The notes: generated by a model not told the origin, from the sequence alone. Shown: positions 39,372-49,263, counted from the first letter of the stretch. The stretch is DNA of 64,000 nucleotides from an uncultured Bifidobacterium sp. (GCA_964577955.1 CAZOAZ010000013.1:48284-112283); one strand, 5' to 3'. Made by a program: numbers and translations.

Positions 39372-41053
39372 TGCGGTACCCGTTTCCTCTCCTTGATGGT
39401 GATCGCGCGATCCCGCGTCACGGCACGAAGCGACCGGTTGAGCGCCGCGTCATGACCATAGATGTCCTCGGCGAAATAGATGCGGTCATCTTCAGGATCG
39501 ACAACGGCGGTCGCGTAAAAAATGACGACCTGCGGCGGATCGCTCAGCGCAATCCTGACGGTTTGCGTCCCCGCGATGACCTCGACGATCTTCGCCCGCG
39601 TCCAGCCAGGCATCGACGAGAGTGCCCATTCGGCCAGACTGATCGGATCGTCGACTCGGATACAGCCATGACTGAAATCGCGCCGCGGCTGCTCGAACAA
39701 CTCCGGCGCCGGCGTGCCGTGCATGTGGACGTCCGCGTCGTTCGCCAGAACGAACTTCACCAGGCCGAGCGCGTTGTCCGGGCCCGGACGCTGCCGCAGA
39801 CGGTACTCGCCGCCAGCCAACTGTTCAAGAATCCCGTCGGTCGCGAGTGGCGGCGCACTGACGCGGCCATCGGGCAACACGACTTCGAAGCCTTGGCGCT
39901 CCAGATAGCGAGCGTCCTGCCGGAGTAACGGCAAAATCTCGTCGTGGACGATCGTCGGCGGCACATCCCAGTACGGCCGGAGCACCACGTGACGCATGGC
40001 GGCCGCCAGGACAGGGGTCTCCGCCCGCATCGCCGCTCCGACGATGACGTTCATCATGAGCATGGGCCGCGCATCCGTGAGCGGCGCGTTCCAGGCCCAC
40101 GCCCGGAACATCGGGATGTTGACGGCGACCAGCGGACGGTTGGCCGGGTCCGGAAGCCCGCGCAGTCGTTCCATCGCCAGCTCGATTTGCCGCACTCGTG
40201 CTGCGGGTGCGACCTGCAGCGCCGCCAACGTGCGCGGACCGATGACGCCGTCCACGCTGAGACCGTGCCGCTCCTGAAACCGCCTGACGCCGGCCACGAT
40301 CGGTTCGTCGTATTTCGGCGGAAGCGGCCCCCCCGGGTCGAGGTCGCCAGTCGCCACGAGCCAGGTCGCCAGCAGTCCGAGGTCGCGGTATGAATCGCCT
40401 GGCTTCACGGTTCGCGGGCCATGTGCCGACACGGGCTTCGGCCGTTGCGTCGCGATCTGGCGATACCGTTTCAACGTGTCGCGCAGCGATCGATATTGCG
40501 GAACGGGCGGCGCCATCGACGCCACCAACGGCTCGACGGTGCCGGCGGACGCCGCCTCGCGCAGTCGGACTGACACGTCGGGCCGTCCCGACAGGGGGAC
40601 GCCCGGCAGGCCGAACCGAACGTCAGTCCTTCCGTAGCGGAGATCATTGAGGAAGCGCAAGAGCCCAGCGGTAAGCGCCACGTCAACCTTGGCGCTGGCG
40701 TCGGCGCTCGCGTTCCTGTCGCCCCTGACCGCGAAGGTCTGCGCCTCGAGTGACGCGACGCCGTAGTCCGATGGCTCCAGCCCTTCGTCCTCCGCGCGGA
40801 TCAGAATCGCGAGTGCCTTCCATCCGGCTTCAGTCAGGCGCCAATCGGCAGTCCACATTGGCCGTCCGGCGTTGTCGCTGTAGATGCGTCGCAGGGTCTC
40901 GCGCTCGTCCCGGCTCAATCCGAATGGGACAGCGTCCTCCGTATCGAGGCGGTGACGGATAGCCTCGCTGACTTGGAGGGTCGACGAAGACGCGAAGGTG
41001 AATTGAACGGTCGCGGCCGCAAGCAGTGTGGCGACCGCACGAAGGAGGAACAT
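39368..41053 (-). CDS. L,D-transpeptidase (YcbB/LdtD-like)
   Basis: PG-binding FQERHGLSVDGVIG, VNIP, W.VP..I and HMHGTP...FSHGCIRV (catalytic His/Cys). Confidence 0.92.
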   Translation of the reverse strand: MFLLRAVATLLAAATVQFTFASSSTLQVSEAIRHRLDTEDAVPFGLSRDERETLRRIYSDNAGRPMWTADWRLTEAGWKALAILIRAEDEGLEPSDYGVASLEAQTFAVRGDRNASADASAKVDVALTAGLLRFLNDLRYGRTDVRFGLPGVPLSGRPDVSVRLREAASAGTVEPLVASMAPPVPQYRSLRDTLKRYRQIATQRPKPVSAHGPRTVKPGDSYRDLGLLATWLVATGDLDPGGPLPPKYDEPIVAGVRRFQERHGLSVDGVIGPRTLAALQVAPAARVRQIELAMERLRGLPDPANRPLVAVNIPMFRAWAWNAPLTDARPMLMMNVIVGAAMRAETPVLAAAMRHVVLRPYWDVPPTIVHDEILPLLRQDARYLERQGFEVVLPDGRVSAPPLATDGILEQLAGGEYRLRQRPGPDNALGLVKFVLANDADVHMHGTPAPELFEQPRRDFSHGCIRVDDPISLAEWALSSMPGWTRAKIVEVIAGTQTVRIALSDPPQVVIFYATAVVDPEDDRIYFAEDIYGHDAALNRSLRAVTRDRAITIKERKRVPQ

Positions 41054-41069
41054 GAACGACAGGGATAGT

Positions 41070-41083
41070 GCAAACCGGTCGCC
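41070..41083 (-). promoter_or_regulatory. sigma54 -24/-12 element for the L,D-transpeptidase
   Basis: Minus strand TGG-cgaccggttt-GCA; 16 nt before the ATG. Confidence 0.7.
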
Positions 41084-41096
41084 ACCGGTTGTGGCG

Positions 41097-41498
41097 TCAG
41101 TGACTGTTCGGCGGCGCGCTTCTGGCGAGGTGAGACTGCTGGACGAGGGCTGGCAGGTCGGCCATGTCGATCGGCTTGCTCAGGACGCGAAAGGCCCCCA
41201 GGCGCTCTGCTTCGGCAATCATTTCCGGGGTGCTGAAGGCGGTCATCATGATCACGGCGGTCTGCGGCTGCGTCCGGCGAATGGTCTCGAGCAGCTTGAG
41301 ATCCTTCGAGTCAGGCATCCGGAAGTCCAGAAGCACGACGTCGGGGGCCCCGCCGCGCGACAGCACCTGCATGGTCTGCTTGGCGCTCCCCGCCTCTTCG
41401 ACCTCGTGACCGGCGCCGCTCAGCGTCTCCGCCAGCGACCATCGAATCAGCGGCTCATCGTCGACGATCAGAATACGAAGCACTGCGAGTTTCTCCAC
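41097..41498 (-). CDS. Single-domain response regulator (receiver only)
   Basis: ILIVDDE, VLLDFRMP, MMTAF and LSKP. Confidence 0.88.
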   Translation of the reverse strand: MEKLAVLRILIVDDEPLIRWSLAETLSGAGHEVEEAGSAKQTMQVLSRGGAPDVVLLDFRMPDSKDLKLLETIRRTQPQTAVIMMTAFSTPEMIAEAERLGAFRVLSKPIDMADLPALVQQSHLARSAPPNSH

Positions 41499-41516
41499 CC
41501 CGTCGGGGAAATTTGC
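41487..41516. promoter_or_regulatory. Tandem putative enhancer boxes overlapping the response regulator start
   Basis: GAGTTTCTCC (41487) and GGAAATTTGC (41507). Confidence 0.45.
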
Positions 41517-41631
41517 TCATCCGCTGCCGGACCTCCGCTCGCTGAACGGACGAATGCAAGGTACGCCTTGACACAATCAAGATCGAGGCCAACTTTTCAA
41601 CGCCCGGCGTCGTACCCGAGGCAGGAACACG

Positions 41632-43470
41632 TCAGGACAACGGCAACTCGATGACGACGGCCGTGCCGCCGGATGGCGGGCATTCAATCGCAATCGTTCC
41701 GCCATGGGCCTCGATGACGCGCTTCGCCGTTGACAGCCCCAGACCTGTGCCTCGCGCCTTGGTCGTGAAGAAGGGCGTGAAGATCTGCTGGAGGACCTTC
41801 GCTGGAATGCCGGGACCAGTGTCGGTCACGACGATCCGGCTGTGGCCTCGGGCTTCGGCCAGCGAAATCCGGATCGCCCCATCGCCTTCCATGGCGTGAG
41901 CCGCGTTCACGAGGAGATTGACGAACACGATCTTCAGCAGTTCGGGATCGGCCATGGTGGCATTGGCCGAACCCGATATTTCGACGCGTATGCCGGCCGC
42001 TTCGGGATCCTGGCCGAGAAGATTCGCCGTGGTCGTGACCAGCTGTCCGATGTCGACCGGCACCTTGCGCGGCTGCGGCGGTCGCGCGAACAAAAGCAGA
42101 TCCTTCATCAACGCGTTCAGGCCGTCGATGCGCGCGATGATGTCCTGGGTCACGCTGGCATCCCGGCTGCCCACCGGGAGACGCGAGCCGATCACCTGAA
42201 TCGCACCGCGGATCCCGGCCAGCGGATTCTTCACTTCGTGCGCGATCACGGCGGCCATCTCGCCGAGCCGGACCATCGCGGCCTGCTCGCGGAGCTGCCC
42301 CTCCAGACGGACCCGGCCGGACAGATCGTGGATGATGCCGGTGAACTTGCGCTCGCCGCTCGAGAGCATCTCGCCGACGGACAAATGGACGGGAAAGGTT
42401 GTCCCATCCCGCTTCTGCGCCACGACTTCGCGGCCGATGCCGATGATGCGGGCTTGCCCGGTGGCCAGGTAGCGCGCCATGTAGGAGTCGTGCTCCTCAC
42501 GATACGGCGACGGCATGAGCAGCTTGACGTTGCGGCCGATGACTTCCACCTCCGTGTAGCCGAACAGCCGCTCGGCGGCCGGATTGAAGGCGTCGATGAG
42601 CCCGAAGGCGTCGATCACGATGATCGCGTCGACGGCTGAATCAATGATCGATCGCCACCGCGCTTCGCTGGCGCGCGTCCGCTCCTCGAGCGCCACCCGT
42701 GCGCTCAGGTCGTGAAGGATGCCGATGAACTTGCGTTCATGGCCGACCGCCATTTCACCGACCGAGAGATGAAGCGGAAACGTGGTGCCATCCTTGCGGC
42801 TCCCGACGACCTCGCGCCCGCTCCCGATGATCTTCCGCTCGCCCGTCCTCATATAGGCGGCGAGATACCCGTCGTGTTCTTCGCGGTACGGCGACGGCAT
42901 GATCGCCGTGACGTTCCGGCCGACCAGTTCGCCTTCGCGATAGCCGAACAGACGCTCCGCGGCGGGATTGAACGCTTCGATCACCCCTTTCGCGTCGATA
43001 ACGACGATGCCGTCAACCGCCGCGTCGACGATCGCGCGCCAGCGCTGCTCGCTGGTCTTGAAGGCGAGTTGGGCGCGTTTCTCCGCGGTGATGTTTCTGG
43101 CGATGGTCGCCGCGCCGAGCACCCGGCCGTCGCGGTCGGTGACCGGCGAGACCGTGAGGGACACGTCGACCAGCCGCCCGTCCTTGGTTCGTCTCACGGT
43201 TTCGCGCGACTCAATCCGGCGGCCGGCGCGCACTTCTTCGAAGATCTCGTCGAGTTCGGTCGGCCGGTCGTCAGGAATCAGCAAGGCGATCGAGCGGCCG
43301 CGGACTTCCTTCGCCGTATAGCCATACAGGCGCTCAGCGCCGCGATTCCAGGTGACGATGATCCCCTCGAGCGTCTTGCCGATGATGGCATCGTCCGAGG
43401 ACTCGACGATGGCGGCGAGATAGCGGTCGGGATCGCCGGCCGGATCGAAAAACGAGGGCTTCTCGCTCAT
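41632..43470 (-). CDS. Cytoplasmic FixL-like histidine kinase with three PAS domains (two heme-type)
   Basis: No TM helices. PAS2 and PAS3 each have REEHD.Y...Y..TG...IIG.GR..V...DGTTFP.HLSVGEM; H-box AHEVKNPL; ATPase motifs NAAHA, DTGPG and GTGLGL. Confidence 0.9.
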   Translation of the reverse strand: MSEKPSFFDPAGDPDRYLAAIVESSDDAIIGKTLEGIIVTWNRGAERLYGYTAKEVRGRSIALLIPDDRPTELDEIFEEVRAGRRIESRETVRRTKDGRLVDVSLTVSPVTDRDGRVLGAATIARNITAEKRAQLAFKTSEQRWRAIVDAAVDGIVVIDAKGVIEAFNPAAERLFGYREGELVGRNVTAIMPSPYREEHDGYLAAYMRTGERKIIGSGREVVGSRKDGTTFPLHLSVGEMAVGHERKFIGILHDLSARVALEERTRASEARWRSIIDSAVDAIIVIDAFGLIDAFNPAAERLFGYTEVEVIGRNVKLLMPSPYREEHDSYMARYLATGQARIIGIGREVVAQKRDGTTFPVHLSVGEMLSSGERKFTGIIHDLSGRVRLEGQLREQAAMVRLGEMAAVIAHEVKNPLAGIRGAIQVIGSRLPVGSRDASVTQDIIARIDGLNALMKDLLLFARPPQPRKVPVDIGQLVTTTANLLGQDPEAAGIRVEISGSANATMADPELLKIVFVNLLVNAAHAMEGDGAIRISLAEARGHSRIVVTDTGPGIPAKVLQQIFTPFFTTKARGTGLGLSTAKRVIEAHGGTIAIECPPSGGTAVVIELPLS

Positions 43471-43586
43471 AGATTGACGACCGCCGCACCCATATGCCAG
43501 CCGACGCGTGGACGTTTGGAGAGCCTCATATTACACGACCGACTGGAGGTGACCGCCAGCCGCCGCTCCCGGTATACTCCCGGTCC

Positions 43587-44960
43587 ATGGCATCAGGAAC
43601 GATTCTCGTCGTCGACGACGAGCAACTCATTCGGTGGTCGCTGTCGAGTCGATTGACCGAGGAGGGCTATCGGGTCGTCGAAGCGGCCAACGCCGCTGAC
43701 GCGTTGAAGGCAGCGCGCGAAGGAGTTGATCTCGTCCTCTTGGACTACCACCTCCCGGACGCCGACGGTCTGACGGTGTTGAAACAGATCAAGGAGACGA
43801 TGCCGGAAACGCTCGTCATCATGCTCACGGCCGATTCCACGGTGAGTACGGCCGTCCTCGCGATGCGCGCCGGCGCCTTCCACTACGCCAACAAGCCGTT
43901 CAATCTGGACGAGATCGTGCTGCTCGTCGAGAAGGCGCTCGAAACCACCACCCTGCGTCGCGAAGTGCGCTCCCTTCGCGCCTCGCAGGCGCAACCCTAC
44001 ACCTTGGATCGGATCGTCGGCACCGACGACGCCGTCGTCAAGATGCGGGCGCTGCTGAAGAAGGTCGCGACCGGTCCCGGATCGACCGTGCTCCTGACCG
44101 GCGAAAGCGGCACCGGCAAGGATCTCGCGGCCAAGGTGATCCACTACGCGAGCCCGCGAGCGAGCAAGCCATTCATGAACATCACCTGCTCGGCGCTGCC
44201 GGAAAATCTGCTCGAGAGCGAGCTCTTCGGCCACGAGCGCGGCGCCTTTACGGGCGCCGACCGTCAGAAGAAGGGGCTCCTGGAGTCCGCGGACGGCGGC
44301 ACGGTGTTCCTGGACGAGATCGGCGAAATGGTACCGCTCCTCCAGGCCAAGCTGCTGCGCTTTCTGGAGGAGCGCGCCTTCAAGCGGGTGGGCGGGTCGA
44401 CCGACATCCGGGTCGACGTGCGCGTCATTGCCGCCACCAACCGCAACCTCGAAGAAGAGGTCCGCAAGGGGCACTTCCGGTCTGACCTGTTTTACCGACT
44501 GAACGTCGTGCCGATCGTCCTGCCGCCGCTTCGCCAGCGGCCCAAAGACATCCCGCGCCTGGTGAACTTCTACGTCGATCTCTACAACGGCGAATTCCGC
44601 AAGCGCATTCAGCGCGTCACACCGGCGGCGATGGAGCGCCTGAGCGGCTACGGCTGGCCCGGCAACATCCGCGAACTCCGCAACGCCGTCGAGCGCGCCG
44701 TGCTGCTCGCGGAAGGCGACGAGCTTTCGCCCGACGACTTCGCAGTACGCGGCGGCGGTAGCGGCGCCGCCGTCGATGCGGTAGAACTGCCGGCCACTGG
44801 CGTCGACCTCGAGCAGTGGGAGCGATCGTTCGTGGTGCAGGCACTCGAGCGCAGCGGCTGGAATCAGACCAAAGCGGCCGGTCTTCTCGGGTTGAACCGC
44901 GATCAGATTCGCTACCGGATCGAGAAGTTCAAACTCGAAAAGCCAGCGGCAACGAGTTAG
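43587..44960 (+). CDS. sigma54-dependent enhancer-binding response regulator (NtrC/AtoC family)
   Basis: Receiver domain, GESGTGKD, ESELFGHERGAFTGA, FLDEIGEM, WPGNIREL and a C-terminal Fis-type HTH. Confidence 0.95.
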   Translation: MASGTILVVDDEQLIRWSLSSRLTEEGYRVVEAANAADALKAAREGVDLVLLDYHLPDADGLTVLKQIKETMPETLVIMLTADSTVSTAVLAMRAGAFHYANKPFNLDEIVLLVEKALETTTLRREVRSLRASQAQPYTLDRIVGTDDAVVKMRALLKKVATGPGSTVLLTGESGTGKDLAAKVIHYASPRASKPFMNITCSALPENLLESELFGHERGAFTGADRQKKGLLESADGGTVFLDEIGEMVPLLQAKLLRFLEERAFKRVGGSTDIRVDVRVIAATNRNLEEEVRKGHFRSDLFYRLNVVPIVLPPLRQRPKDIPRLVNFYVDLYNGEFRKRIQRVTPAAMERLSGYGWPGNIRELRNAVERAVLLAEGDELSPDDFAVRGGGSGAAVDAVELPATGVDLEQWERSFVVQALERSGWNQTKAAGLLGLNRDQIRYRIEKFKLEKPAATS

Positions 44961-44998
44961 CCAACCGGCGTATCCGATTCCGCGTTTCATCCACTCGA

Positions 44999-45460
44999 CT
45001 ACGCCTCGATGACCGCCGACGTCTGAAGCGGTTTGCCAACCGCCACTCTGATCGGAATCCCCTGCCGAATGCTTTCCGTCACCGTGCAGAAGTCCTCGAA
45101 CAGCTGTTCGCAACGATTGAAGCGCGATTGATCGACGTCGGGGCCGAGCTCCGGCACCAGCTCGACGTCGATGCCGCTGATCCTGAAGCGTCCTTGCTCG
45201 TTGCGGCTGACATGCGTGGCCACGCGCGCGGTCAACCCTTCAGGCTCGATCCTGACCTTCCGCAGACAGAACACCAGGCTCGCGGCGAGACAGTTGCCGA
45301 CCGCCGCGCCCAGCACCGCCGCGGCACTGGGGGCGCGCCCCTCGCCGAGCGGCACCGGTTCGTCGAAGACCATTTCCGGCAGTCCGTCGACATCGTCGAA
45401 TTGGGCGACGAATTCGTAGTTGTCCGTCAGCTTGACGGTGACGTGATGGATCTTTTCCAT
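44999..45460 (-). CDS. OsmC family protein
   Basis: DEPVPLGEG, AVGNCLAASL...C and FEDFCTVTESI. Confidence 0.85.
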   Translation of the reverse strand: MEKIHHVTVKLTDNYEFVAQFDDVDGLPEMVFDEPVPLGEGRAPSAAAVLGAAVGNCLAASLVFCLRKVRIEPEGLTARVATHVSRNEQGRFRISGIDVELVPELGPDVDQSRFNRCEQLFEDFCTVTESIRQGIPIRVAVGKPLQTSAVIEA

Positions 45461-45477
45461 GGTTGCTCTCCCCTGTT

Positions 45478-48051
45478 TCAGCCGACGATGCCGACCGCGC
45501 CGAAAACCGCCGCCGGTGTCGTTCGCTCGCGCCCCCGAAAGAACCACTGTTTCGTGAGTTCGGCCGCGAGCATGTAGCACCCGGCCAGCAGGACGATCGC
45601 GCCCACCATGCTGGCCGGCAGCGCCTCGAAGCCGAAGAACGTCGCCCAGGGCACGTATGGAATGCCGATCGCGACGCCAATGAGAAGCACGGTCGACGTC
45701 AGCAACAGCGTGCCGGGCCGGCTGCGCCAGAACGGCCGCCGGGTCCGGACCACGAGCGCCACGACCAGTTCCGTCAGCAGCGACTCGACGAACCATCCGG
45801 TCCGAAAGCGCTCTGGCGAGGCGTGGAAGAACCACGCCAGGATCGCGAAGGTCGCCAGATCGAAGACCGAACTGAGCAGACCGAAGACGACCATGAACCG
45901 GCCAATCATCCGCAAGTCCCAGCGCTCCGGCCTTGCCACCAGTTCCGGATCGACGGCATCGTCGGCAATCCCCGCGGCCGGAACGTCGGACAGAAAGTTG
46001 TTCAACAGGATCTGCCCGGGCAACATCGGCAGGAACGGCAACACGGTCGATGCGAACGCCATGCTGATCATGTTGCCCAGGTTGGCGCTCATCGTCGTCA
46101 GCAAGTACTTGATCGTGTTGGCGAACGTGCGACGCCCTTCCTCGATCCCGCGCCGGATGACGTCGAGATCGTGTTCGAGCAGGACGAAGTCGGCGGTGGC
46201 CCGCGCCACATCGACCGCGCCGTCGACGGACAGGCTCGTATCGGCGGCCCGCATCGCCGGCGCATCGTTCACGCCGTCGCCCAGAAAGCCGACCACATGG
46301 CCACCCTTGCGCAGGGCGCCGATAATGCGCTCCTTCTGATTCGGATCGACCTCGACGAAGAGATCCGTGCGATCGACTGCCCGCCACAAGGCATCGTCGC
46401 TCGTGGCGTCAATCTCGTCGCCGCTCAGCATGCGGGCGCCTTGAATACCGACGAGGCTCGCGACGTGGGCCACCACTGACCGGCTGTCGCCGCTGATGAC
46501 CTTCACGCTGACGCCGAGCTTCGCCAGCGCGTGGATCGCCTGTGGGGCGTCGCTTTTCGGCCGGTCGAAAAACGTCAGGAATCCGAGAAACGAGAGATCG
46601 TGCTCGCTCGCGCGGTCGCACGGTTCATCGGGCTGGAGGTCGCGAGTGGCCAACGCGAGCACGCGAATGCCGCGACTGCTCCAGCGCTCGTAGCGGGCGG
46701 TCAGACGGCTCTGAACCGCGCTATCGATCGGCGTGCCGTCGGCGAGGCGGGCGCAGGCTTCGAGCACGCGGTGGAACGCGCCTTTGGTCACCAGCTGCCG
46801 GCGATACCCCGTGCGATAGGCGACGCTCAGCCGCTTGCGAATGAAGTCGAACGGAATCTCGCCGAGTTTTTCGACCGTTCCGAGATCGGGCCGCCCGGCG
46901 TCGAGAATCGCCGCGTCGAGCGGATTATCGAGGCCGGTCTGCAGCGCCGCGTTCAAGGCGGCGGCGCGCAACACGTCCGGCGACTCCGCGCCATCCGCGT
47001 CGAACGCGCCCTCGAGCTTGACGGCGCCTTCGGTGAGGGTGCCCGTCTTGTCGGTGCAGAGAACGTCGATGCTGCCAAGATTCTCGATCGCGTTCAGCCG
47101 TCGCACGAGCACGCCGTGCGCCGCCAGATTCGCCGCGCCACGTGAGAGGTTCACGGCAAGAATCGCGGGCAGCAGTTCGGGGCTGAGACCGACCGCAAGC
47201 GCGACGGCAAAGAGGAGCGTGTCGATCGGCGAGCGCGCACCCAACAGGTGCACGAGGACGATGGCCAGGACCAGGGCGAGCATCGCGCTGGTCAGGAAAT
47301 AGCCGAACCGGCGCAGTCCGCGTTCGAATTCCGTTTCCGGGGCGCGCTCGAGCAAGTGGGCGGCGATGCGCCCGAATTCGGTGCGCGCGCCCGTGTTGAC
47401 GACCACGCAGGTCCCCCGTCCGCTGCGGACGTTGGTGCCCAGAAAGAGCGCGTTGGTTCGCGCGGTGAGCGGCGCATCGGCCGGAACGGTCCCGACGGTC
47501 TTGGCGACTGGAAAGCTTTCGCCGGTCAGGACCGCTTCGTTGATGAACAGCTCGGTCGCATCCAGGAGCAGCGCATCGGCCGGGACCAGGTTCCCGGCGC
47601 TCAGCAAGACGACATCGCCCGGCGCGAGCTCTTCGATCGGGACGTTGGTGAGCTGACCGTCGCGGAGTACGCGCGAGGTCGTGCGAATGCGCGACTGGAG
47701 CGCGGCGGCGGTCATTTCCGCCGCGTATTCGCGCCAGAATCCGATCGCGACGGTGGCGACCACAATGGTCAGGACCACCGAGGCGTCGATCCATTCGCGC
47801 GAGGCGCCCGAGGCGACAGCGGCGAAGATCAGAATCGCGAGCAGCGGATTGCGGAACTGCTTGAGGAAGACCCGCATCCCGGTCAGCTCGCGGTGGGATC
47901 CGATCCGGTTGGGTCCTCCGTCGCGCAACCGGCGCGCCGCCTCCTCGGTACTGAGGCCGAGCACGCTCGCCGTCAGCGCAGTCAGGACGGCGGCGGCCGG
48001 CTCGGCCCAATAGCGAAGCTCGCGCGCCGGGCCGGGATCTGACGCCTTCAC
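45478..48051 (-). CDS. mgtA: Magnesium-translocating P-type ATPase
   Basis: LTGES, LSPELLP, DKTGTLT, GDGVNDAP and MLPGQILLNNFLSD. Confidence 0.9.
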   Translation of the reverse strand: MKASDPGPARELRYWAEPAAAVLTALTASVLGLSTEEAARRLRDGGPNRIGSHRELTGMRVFLKQFRNPLLAILIFAAVASGASREWIDASVVLTIVVATVAIGFWREYAAEMTAAALQSRIRTTSRVLRDGQLTNVPIEELAPGDVVLLSAGNLVPADALLLDATELFINEAVLTGESFPVAKTVGTVPADAPLTARTNALFLGTNVRSGRGTCVVVNTGARTEFGRIAAHLLERAPETEFERGLRRFGYFLTSAMLALVLAIVLVHLLGARSPIDTLLFAVALAVGLSPELLPAILAVNLSRGAANLAAHGVLVRRLNAIENLGSIDVLCTDKTGTLTEGAVKLEGAFDADGAESPDVLRAAALNAALQTGLDNPLDAAILDAGRPDLGTVEKLGEIPFDFIRKRLSVAYRTGYRRQLVTKGAFHRVLEACARLADGTPIDSAVQSRLTARYERWSSRGIRVLALATRDLQPDEPCDRASEHDLSFLGFLTFFDRPKSDAPQAIHALAKLGVSVKVISGDSRSVVAHVASLVGIQGARMLSGDEIDATSDDALWRAVDRTDLFVEVDPNQKERIIGALRKGGHVVGFLGDGVNDAPAMRAADTSLSVDGAVDVARATADFVLLEHDLDVIRRGIEEGRRTFANTIKYLLTTMSANLGNMISMAFASTVLPFLPMLPGQILLNNFLSDVPAAGIADDAVDPELVARPERWDLRMIGRFMVVFGLLSSVFDLATFAILAWFFHASPERFRTGWFVESLLTELVVALVVRTRRPFWRSRPGTLLLTSTVLLIGVAIGIPYVPWATFFGFEALPASMVGAIVLLAGCYMLAAELTKQWFFRGRERTTPAAVFGAVGIVG

Positions 48052-48064
48052 CCGAGTCCTCGAT

Positions 48065-48949
48065 CTATTTCCGGACCGTCAGCACGGGACAGTCCGCACG
48101 GCGGACGAGCTGCTGTGCCGTCGAGCCGAAGAGCGCGAGGTCGGCCACGCTTCGCCCGTGCACACCGAGGACGATCAGGTTCGACTGCTCCTCGGCGGCG
48201 ACCCGGAGAATCTCGTCGGACGGCCGTCCATGGCTGATGCGAGCCGAGCAGCGGCCACGAAATCCTTCGGGCTCGAGGCCTTCGAGGCGCGTCCGTGCGG
48301 CCGCCTCGCGGCGGGCGCGGAACGACTGCAGCGCCTCGGCTTCCGCACGCGGGATCTCGCCAAACGCCGGCGCCGGCGGTTCATGCCAGGGCCACTCGAG
48401 CACATGAAGCAGCGTGATCCGCGTTTCGCCGCCGAGCGAACCGGCGAGGAGAAACTCCAGCGCTGCCAGCGAGCAATCAGAAAAATCGACCGCGCACAGC
48501 ACCCGCGCGGATGCGAGTGAAAAGGCCGGCGCACTGTGCGGCGGCACGGTCAGGACGGGACACGACGCCCTCCGCAGCACCTTCTCCGCGACCGATCCGA
48601 GCATGGCGCGGTCGAAGCCGCTCGCGCCGTGCGTCCCGATGACGATGAGGTCGGCATGCAGGGTGTCCGCCGCGGCGAGGATCTCGGTGGCCGGCCGGCC
48701 TGGCCGCGTCACGAGTTCGATACCGTCAGACCCGGCGTCGACCCCAATACGCGCCAGAATGGATTCAGACAGGCCGCCGTGACACGCGGTCAACTCCTCC
48801 GCTCGGTCGGTCCCGCTTTCAATCACGCGCAGCGCGGTCAGGCGTGCGCCGGTCCACCGGGCACAGGCCACGGCCTGCGCCAGCGCCATCAAAGACGGCT
48901 CGGACAGGTCGAACGGACAGAGGATGCGTTCGATGCGCGCGGCAGCCAT
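48065..48949 (-). CDS. Universal stress protein (tandem domains)
   Basis: RILCPFDLS and RVLCAVDFS; two G-HG...GS motifs. Confidence 0.92.
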   Translation of the reverse strand: MAAARIERILCPFDLSEPSLMALAQAVACARWTGARLTALRVIESGTDRAEELTACHGGLSESILARIGVDAGSDGIELVTRPGRPATEILAAADTLHADLIVIGTHGASGFDRAMLGSVAEKVLRRASCPVLTVPPHSAPAFSLASARVLCAVDFSDCSLAALEFLLAGSLGGETRITLLHVLEWPWHEPPAPAFGEIPRAEAEALQSFRARREAAARTRLEGLEPEGFRGRCSARISHGRPSDEILRVAAEEQSNLIVLGVHGRSVADLALFGSTAQQLVRRADCPVLTVRK

Positions 48950-48952
48950 GCG

Positions 48953-49222
48953 TCAGTTCCGCGTCAAGTCCGCGCGAACGTAGCGGCCGGTGTGGGTACA
49001 GCACAGGAAACCGCAGCTGACCAACTGATCCAGAAGCGCATGCGCATCGGGTGAGCGGAGCTGCCAGAGGCGCTCGACCTGTGGCTGCGTCAAGGAGAGT
49101 CCCGGCATTTCACCGTACTCGGCGCGAACGATTCGGCTCCAGTCGCCGACGCCGCGAGGGGAACCTGGCCCGTTCGACTCGCGTGCGTTCTGATCCACTG
49201 TGACGTTGAGTGTGTTCGCCAT
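48953..49222 (-). CDS. Small hypothetical protein with a winged-helix-like motif
   Basis: VRAEYGEMPGLSLT..Q..RLW...LLDQLV..GFL...GRYVRA. Confidence 0.7.
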   Translation of the reverse strand: MANTLNVTVDQNARESNGPGSPRGVGDWSRIVRAEYGEMPGLSLTQPQVERLWQLRSPDAHALLDQLVSCGFLCCTHTGRYVRADLTRN

Positions 49223-49249
49223 AAGAGTGCTCCTGCCGCCCCTCTGACG

Positions 49250-49263
49250 GCAAGAACAGTACC
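49250..49263 (-). promoter_or_regulatory. sigma54 -24/-12 element for the wHTH-usp-mgtA-osmC operon
   Basis: Minus strand cGG-tactgttctt-GCc. Confidence 0.6.

Noticed and set aside
42300-43050. DNA repeat as a mobile or CRISPR-like element
   Set aside because: Explained by the in-frame PAS domain duplication in the kinase.
43486-43498. sigma54 site for the kinase gene (TGGCATATGGGTGC)
   Set aside because: Spacing is GG-N9-GC; sigma54 requires N10.
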